Shown: positions 25,140 through 32,572 of the stretch, piece by piece
Numbering within the stretch: the stretch's first letter is position 1
Layout: the number at the start of each line of letters is the position of its first letter
Assembly (NCBI GenBank): GCA_044341315.1
Contig: JBIIRX010000001.1
Span: 1-32,572, forward strand
Length of the DNA: 32,572 nucleotides
Reading direction: 5' to 3'
Source of the DNA: Candidatus Saccharimonadales bacterium
GTDB lineage: Bacteria > Patescibacteriota > Saccharimonadia > Saccharimonadales > Saccharimonadaceae
Made by a program: the position numbers and the translations under genes
Notes under the pieces: model-generated
The model's input: the letters and a program-made list of their open reading frames with translations, nothing else
Told to the model about the DNA's origin: nothing
Databases searched by the model: none

Positions 25140-26903
25140 TTAGTACTTTGGAGCTGCAATGTAGTTAATCTTAGTTGTGTAGATACCAGCAGGTGTGGTC
25201 GCTGCAATGTTCGCAATGTAGCGCATCTTACCGGTTACACAGTCGAGTACGCGGTTACCAGACGCGATAGGCGTTGGAATCGTGTTTGAATCTGAGTCGA
25301 ACGCAAATTCCGCATAAGAGTTAGGGTCGTTCGTCAACCCAGCGGCTACATAACCAAATGGGTCACCAGCTACTACATTGACTACACCAGTTCCCTTAGC
25401 ATATTGTGCATCAGGAGTAAGCGGATAGAGTCGAGGTGTGTGCCAGCTGAGGTTGCTACCAACCGCAGTCGTTGTGCTTGCATGCACACCAGCTACGTCA
25501 TTATCAGCACCGTTCTGGTAAAGATGATCAGTTGCTCGTTCCTTAGCGTAGCTTACTTCGTATTGAGTGCCATTAAGGCCATTGTCAAGCGCAAGCCCGA
25601 ACTGCTCTCCACCTCGAGTTGGTGGTTTAGCCGTTTTGCCAATTGCTTCAATTTGGTCACCAACAGTGTTACTAAGCGTCACACCAGAGTAGTAGACAGT
25701 TGCACCACCTGATGAGTTTGAACTTAAGCGCCAGTACGAGTGTGTGCTGTAGGTTGTGTCGGTACGCAGTGAGAACTCACCATCTTTGTTTCCAAGCTGG
25801 AGTACATTCTCAGCTCCACTGGAGGTCATGCGCGTAGAAATTGGGTCACAAGGTGTGTGGGCGAGGAGCCCAGTTGCATCAGTAAGCTGTGAAGTTCCAG
25901 AATCAAGCGTATTAGGATCAACAGTTCCTACGCTAAACTGCATGGTTTCCAGTACCTTTGTCTGAATCTCAATTGAACGGTTCATAACGTTTGCAACAGT
26001 CACACCGCCGTCAATTCGATTCGCTTCGGTCAAATTAGTATCATCACGATACGTGTTTATCTTCACGAAGAATTCTTTTGATCCTGGGTTTGTAATGTAG
26101 GTATTATCTGTTGCAAAGAAGATGATTTTTACATAGGCGCCAGCAGGAAGTGTCGGAGTTCCTGTTGCATTTGAAAGTGTTATGTAGTTCTTCTTTCCGG
26201 TTGATGTACCGTCGCCTTCAATGGCTGTTGTTCCGTCAAGGTTTTTTGTTTGGTTGACCGCTGTAGCCATAGTCCAACCAGTTGATTGGCTCCAAGCGTC
26301 ACCAATAGCATCTTTGTACAATACAATAAATGTACCGTCGCTACCGTCGCGAGCTGGCATGTTTGGGTGAGCTGTGTCTGGGTCATAGTCAGCTGGACCC
26401 GCGCTCGGCTGACCGGTAGAGCTGTTGAAGTGAGAGCCATAGAACGACCCATCAATCTCAGATCCGGTTCCAACAACATCGAGGTCGCTCGTCTTGTCGG
26501 CAATGGCTGCCGAGTTGGACTTTCGCACTGCATCGCCTCCTGCGGTTGATCCTGAAGCTAATCCGTTGTCTCCTGGACCCTTACAGTTTCCTGCAGGTTC
26601 AGTACAGTACTGGAATGAGAATCCCTTAACTGCTTCATTAGAGCTAACGCGGAAGCTGAAGGTGTTTCCTGTTTTTTGACCGTTTGCTCCGCTGTTTGGC
26701 GGTGCATAGGTGCCGTTTCCGGATGCGTCTGTGAAGTTCCATCCAGGCGATCCACTAGAGAGCGTCAAACTACGCTCCGTAAGAGGGTTCAACGCGTCCG
26801 CGTAGGTGGATGCTGCTGGTAAGAACGTTGCTGCAATTAAGGCAAACGCCGCTACGAACAGCCCACTTCGACGGAAGGTCGACTTGAGTGTTTGTATACT
26901 CAT
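25140..26903 (-). CDS. large secreted WxL/pilin-like subunit (paralogue C, with insertions)
   Basis: Signal peptide (TYA), LTERSLTLSS, YCTEPAGNC, VLETMQF, GGEQFGLAL, C-terminus TPAGIYTTKINYIAAPKY; AAGGAG SD. Confidence 0.75.
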   Translation of the reverse strand: MSIQTLKSTFRRSGLFVAAFALIAATFLPAASTYADALNPLTERSLTLSSGSPGWNFTDASGNGTYAPPNSGANGQKTGNTFSFRVSSNEAVKGFSFQYCTEPAGNCKGPGDNGLASGSTAGGDAVRKSNSAAIADKTSDLDVVGTGSEIDGSFYGSHFNSSTGQPSAGPADYDPDTAHPNMPARDGSDGTFIVLYKDAIGDAWSQSTGWTMATAVNQTKNLDGTTAIEGDGTSTGKKNYITLSNATGTPTLPAGAYVKIIFFATDNTYITNPGSKEFFVKINTYRDDTNLTEANRIDGGVTVANVMNRSIEIQTKVLETMQFSVGTVDPNTLDSGTSQLTDATGLLAHTPCDPISTRMTSSGAENVLQLGNKDGEFSLRTDTTYSTHSYWRLSSNSSGGATVYYSGVTLSNTVGDQIEAIGKTAKPPTRGGEQFGLALDNGLNGTQYEVSYAKERATDHLYQNGADNDVAGVHASTTTAVGSNLSWHTPRLYPLTPDAQYAKGTGVVNVVAGDPFGYVAAGLTNDPNSYAEFAFDSDSNTIPTPIASGNRVLDCVTGKMRYIANIAATTPAGIYTTKINYIAAPKY

Positions 26904-26956
26904 ATTTCTCCTTATGTTTATTTTTCTTTAACCTTTAATACAAGGGTTACGCGGTA

Positions 26957-27008
26957 ATTTTACCATTAGCGGGAAGAGGTTTGCAATAGGAATAGTGAGT
27001 TATCCACA
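26957..27008 (-). promoter_or_regulatory. promoter plus DnaA box
   Basis: TTGCAA-N18-TAAAAT with a TG extension; TTATCCACA at 27000-27008. Confidence 0.65.
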
Positions 27009-27032
27009 ACAGTTTTCTGATAAAACGCTGGA

Positions 27033-27782
27033 TCACAGCGCCGGTACAATATACAAAGCAAAATCACCCGTATACTTTCCGGCTGGTGTCGAGTTTGAAA
27101 TATTGACGATCATACTGATCGTGTAATCGGTCCGACCCTTTTCGGTCACACTCTGGGCAATAATGTCGCCGCTTTGATACATGAATGAATTCGGCGTGCG
27201 GTAATGCTCAGCTGGCTGCCCATAGATGGCCTGCTGCCCCTCTTGGCTAGCAACCTGAACAGGCAGTGTACCAACTGCCGGGACAGTATTGGCGGTCAGG
27301 TTAATCGCAAATTGCTCTTGCCCCATAACTGACGCGGTTGGGGACGCTGGCGTTGCGAGCATATGGTTTTTGAACTTTGGCGGGTCACCCACCATCTGCA
27401 AACTATAGCCTCCCTCATAATTATTACGAATCCGCACTGTGGTCGTTTTTGTTGCTGTGCGCTCGGTGCTCAGCGTTCCGAGGTTTGACTCACCAGGTTC
27501 AATGATTACCTCAAGTAACGGCTCGTCTGTCTTTACAGTTCCAAACTGTGCGCTTGTGCCGCTACTGGCAGCACCTTGATCGCCAATTGTTGCCTGCGAA
27601 CAATAACTCCCTGAACAGCCGTCAATCGTCGCACCCGAGCCGAACTGCCACTCAGTCATTTGATAATTATTGGAGCTTGAATCCACTGCCAAGGCATTCG
27701 GAATACTACCCAGTAGGCTCACCACCAGTATCCCCGCCAGCAGCGATACTCCCCCAAAACTCCACAGTCGTCGATGTCGCAT
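27033..27782 (-). CDS. secreted single-domain WxL/pilin-like subunit (paralogue D)
   Basis: Signal peptide (ALA), SSSNNYQ N-terminal extension, NLGTLS, GQEQFAINL, C-terminus TPAGKYTGDFALYIVPAL. Confidence 0.75.
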   Translation of the reverse strand: MRHRRLWSFGGVSLLAGILVVSLLGSIPNALAVDSSSNNYQMTEWQFGSGATIDGCSGSYCSQATIGDQGAASSGTSAQFGTVKTDEPLLEVIIEPGESNLGTLSTERTATKTTTVRIRNNYEGGYSLQMVGDPPKFKNHMLATPASPTASVMGQEQFAINLTANTVPAVGTLPVQVASQEGQQAIYGQPAEHYRTPNSFMYQSGDIIAQSVTEKGRTDYTISMIVNISNSTPAGKYTGDFALYIVPAL

Positions 27783-27891
27783 ATGCTTTGTGTTTATTAT
27801 CCCTTATGCACAAGGAAAACTCAACTGGCGTCACGGTAGGGCGATATGGTACTATGAGGCGTAAGAAACCATAAGCACCACCTCTTTATTC

Positions 27892-28914
27892 ATGGATCCG
27901 CAAAAAGAAGCACCATCATCACCTGAGTCTGAAACACCTGCCGCAGGCAGTGGTCAAGACGTTCCTGCGGATGCGCTGAGTAAGACGCCAGAAGAACTTG
28001 AGCAAGATGCGGCCCAACAAGCGGCCGAGAATCCTTCATCGCTCGATCAACCGGTTGAGAAAAAAGTCTCGCCGCTCAAACGCTTCTTTCGAAAAGTAAA
28101 CGTCTACTTTTTGATATTCATCTTGATACTAGTGGTCGGTGGTGCCATTGCTGTTGTCAGTTTTCTTAATAGCCAAAAACCTGCCGAAAAACCAGATATC
28201 GCCGACCAATCACTGACCGAAGAAGCCCTTCGACAACTCGCCAACACTGACGCTTCAGTCGGGAACACCTCGCAAACTCTGACGATTCAAGGGAACGCAG
28301 TCATTGCTGGGCAAACCTTGATGCGTGGGAATCTCAACGTTGCGGGTAACCTGCAAACCGGCGGCAGTATTCAAGCCCCAAGCTTGACTATTTCTGGTAC
28401 CAGCAACCTCGGAACCGCTCAAATCAATACCCTCCAGGTTGCACAGAACTTAGCGGTACAGGGAAGCACGACGGTACGCGATTTAAGCGTGTCGGGAACT
28501 TCTACATTTAGTGGGCCGTTAACTGCTTCGCAGATGACCGTCACGCGACTCATATTAAGTGGTAATGCTCAGTTACAAGTGCCAAACCATATTGCCTTCA
28601 CCGGCGCCTCACCTGCTTTTGCGGTGAATAGCAGCATCCTTGGAAGCGGTGGTTCTGCTTCGATTAATGGTTCCGATACGTCCGGGTCTATCAGTATCAA
28701 TACCGGTGGCAACCCCGGCGCTGGCTGCTTTGGGCGCGTTACCTTCAACCAAGCGTTCACCAACCCTCCAAAAGTAACCATCGGGCCAATTGGCAGTGCC
28801 GCTGGCCGAGTCAACGCCTATGTTGAACGTGACCGCAATGGCTTTAGTATTTGCGGTATTAATGCAGCACCTGGCAACCAGGCCTTCGGCTTCGACTACT
28901 TCGTTGCAAACTAA
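27892..28914 (+). CDS. membrane-anchored fibre/adhesin-like protein
   Basis: Acidic disordered N-terminus, one TM, about 100 aa of ~6-residue beta repeats (LxVxG), and a C-terminal VTFNQAFTNPPKVTI...GFSI...FDYFV head. Confidence 0.7.
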   Translation: MDPQKEAPSSPESETPAAGSGQDVPADALSKTPEELEQDAAQQAAENPSSLDQPVEKKVSPLKRFFRKVNVYFLIFILILVVGGAIAVVSFLNSQKPAEKPDIADQSLTEEALRQLANTDASVGNTSQTLTIQGNAVIAGQTLMRGNLNVAGNLQTGGSIQAPSLTISGTSNLGTAQINTLQVAQNLAVQGSTTVRDLSVSGTSTFSGPLTASQMTVTRLILSGNAQLQVPNHIAFTGASPAFAVNSSILGSGGSASINGSDTSGSISINTGGNPGAGCFGRVTFNQAFTNPPKVTIGPIGSAAGRVNAYVERDRNGFSICGINAAPGNQAFGFDYFVAN

Positions 28915-28917
28915 TAG

Positions 28918-29205
28918 CTATACATCAACAAACACTGCCACATAATCGGCTTTGACGTGCATCAGTGCACGGGAGATTTTAATATCTTTAGGGCCATCGA
29001 TACCTGCGACCCGAATCACACAGGGCACGAGCATGCATAGGAAGTTGTGGTGGCGAGGGAGTACGTCAAACGGTCCGGTTTCGTTCACCGCACTGACACT
29101 ATAAGCGTCTCCCTCAAAATACACCTTAAACGGTGCATAGATTTTTACCGCCATGGTTGGTTTGCCGTTCAGCGTGTGGGGAGCTTCTGCAGGGGTATCA
29201 GCCAT
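28918..29205 (-). CDS. atpC: F1 ATP synthase epsilon subunit, N-terminal beta-sandwich only
   Basis: VKIYAPFKVYFEGDA...NETGPFDVLPRHHNFL; last gene after atpD. Confidence 0.8.
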   Translation of the reverse strand: MADTPAEAPHTLNGKPTMAVKIYAPFKVYFEGDAYSVSAVNETGPFDVLPRHHNFLCMLVPCVIRVAGIDGPKDIKISRALMHVKADYVAVFVDV

Positions 29206-29207
29206 GA

Positions 29208-31492
<2,285 letters not shown>

Positions 31493-31493
31493 A

Positions 31494-32570
31494 TTACTTC
31501 TTCTCCTCCTTTGCTTCGGCCTGAGCTTGCTCAGCAGCTTCGGCCGCAGCCGCTTCTTCGGTGACGCGCTTCTTCTCAGCTTCCAATTTTGCCGCCTTTT
31601 CTATAGCCGCTTTCTTCGCTTCATCAATGGTGGTTACTTCAGCTTTTAATGCAGCCTCGAGCTCATCATAATTTCCGTTCATATCTTTATCTTCTTTTAA
31701 TTTCGGGCCGTATTCATGGACGCGTTGCTTCAGTTTATCGACATCAATCACCTCTTCAGGTGTACTTCCAAGCACAATACTCATCAAGAATTGCTGTTCG
31801 GCGAAGCTATACGTTTCACCAATCCCTTGATTCATAAGTGTAAACAGCACCTTACCCTTGTCGTAATCGGCTTGGGCCTGTGGGCTCAGCTCGGTACCAA
31901 AGTGAGCGTATTCTTCGGCGGTTCGATAGCCGGCCAGTGTTAAGTTGAGTTTATCGGCCAGGCTCTTTTGGCGCTTATTTTGCCCCACACCACCCACGCG
32001 GGTCACCGATAGCGCCGTACTGACCGCTGGGCGCATAGTATCTTTAAAGATCTTTCCATCAAGAATCCACTGACCATCAGTAATAGACATAATGTTCGTT
32101 GGGAGGTAGGCTGTAATATCGCCGCCCGGTGCATAGACAATTGGAATCAAAGTTTGGCTGGCGTGATTTGACTCTGTTTTTCCGCCACGCTCGAGCAAGC
32201 TCGAGTGGGTGTAGAACATGTCACCCGGATACGAGTCACGACCAGGGCTGACGCCAGCGATTAGGGAGATTTCACGGTACGCCTGAGCGTGGGCGGTAAG
32301 GTCATCGTAAATTACCAACGTGTCCATGTTGAGCTTGTGCCAAAAATACTCACCGTGCGCCGCACCAACATAGGGCGCCAAGTATGTCAGAATCAGAGAC
32401 TCGAACGAATTAGAAACTACCACAATTGCCTTTTTAAGCGCGTCGTTCTGCTTCAAGTTACTCACGAGTTCGGCAACGTCGTGCTGTCGCTTGGCAATAA
32501 GTACGTATACTACGGTAATATCGGTATTTTTTTGATTAATTGCTACCGAAGCGGCGAGGGCTGTCTTCCC
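31494..32570 (-). CDS. atpA: F1 ATP synthase alpha subunit (5' part outside the window)
   Basis: The frame is open to the window edge (GKTALAASVAINQK...); IYDDLTAHAQAYRE, PGRDSYPGDMFY, YLPTNIMSITDGQ, SVTRVGG. Confidence 0.95.
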   Translation of the reverse strand, partial: GKTALAASVAINQKNTDITVVYVLIAKRQHDVAELVSNLKQNDALKKAIVVVSNSFESLILTYLAPYVGAAHGEYFWHKLNMDTLVIYDDLTAHAQAYREISLIAGVSPGRDSYPGDMFYTHSSLLERGGKTESNHASQTLIPIVYAPGGDITAYLPTNIMSITDGQWILDGKIFKDTMRPAVSTALSVTRVGGVGQNKRQKSLADKLNLTLAGYRTAEEYAHFGTELSPQAQADYDKGKVLFTLMNQGIGETYSFAEQQFLMSIVLGSTPEEVIDVDKLKQRVHEYGPKLKEDKDMNGNYDELEAALKAEVTTIDEAKKAAIEKAAKLEAEKKRVTEEAAAAEAAEQAQAEAKEEKK

Positions 32571-32572
32571 CA

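Noticed and set aside
21839-27008. DnaA boxes as a replication origin
   Set aside because: Only isolated boxes 5 kb apart, with no box cluster, unwinding element or dnaA/dnaN nearby.

Overview
A gene-dense, roughly 48% GC bacterial chromosome segment, most consistent with a Patescibacteria/CPR genome, probably Candidatus Saccharibacteria. This is an inference from very short intergenic gaps, convergent gene overlaps, a compact non-discriminating AspRS, a divergent F1 ATPase and monoderm-type surface proteins. From left to right it holds: an ABC-2 exporter (partial permease plus ATPase), small hypotheticals, an MFS transporter, a MurC-family ligase, a wHTH-Nudix gene divergent from a CYTH/uridine-kinase-like fusion, base-excision repair genes (Fe-S-less MutY-like, AlkA-like), an MBL hydrolase, a TM2 protein, aspS, a CBS-pair membrane protein, DsbA and divergent msrA/msrB. 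Next come a minimal Tat locus (tatC...tatA) enclosing three small ORFs, an AbrB-family regulator with a DHA2 MFS pump, a 7-gene surface-fibre-like cluster (four paralogous secreted subunits, two DUF916/chaperone-like membrane proteins, one Ig/PKD protein), a fibre-like adhesin and the end of the atp operon (atpA partial, atpG, atpD, atpC). The best leads are: (1) the Tat locus with an RK-variant signal mini-protein and a signal-less APNTG-anchored protein that share YGxxxYG motifs; (2) the usher-less, WxL/pilin-like subunit cluster; (3) a candidate Asn/Asp leader-peptide attenuator upstream of aspS; (4) recurring cis-signals, namely leaderless promoters, a TGCTTATGG motif and DnaA boxes at the major subunit promoters. 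I saw no rRNA, tRNA, CRISPR array or mobile element. All family assignments come from motif recognition by eye, not database searches.
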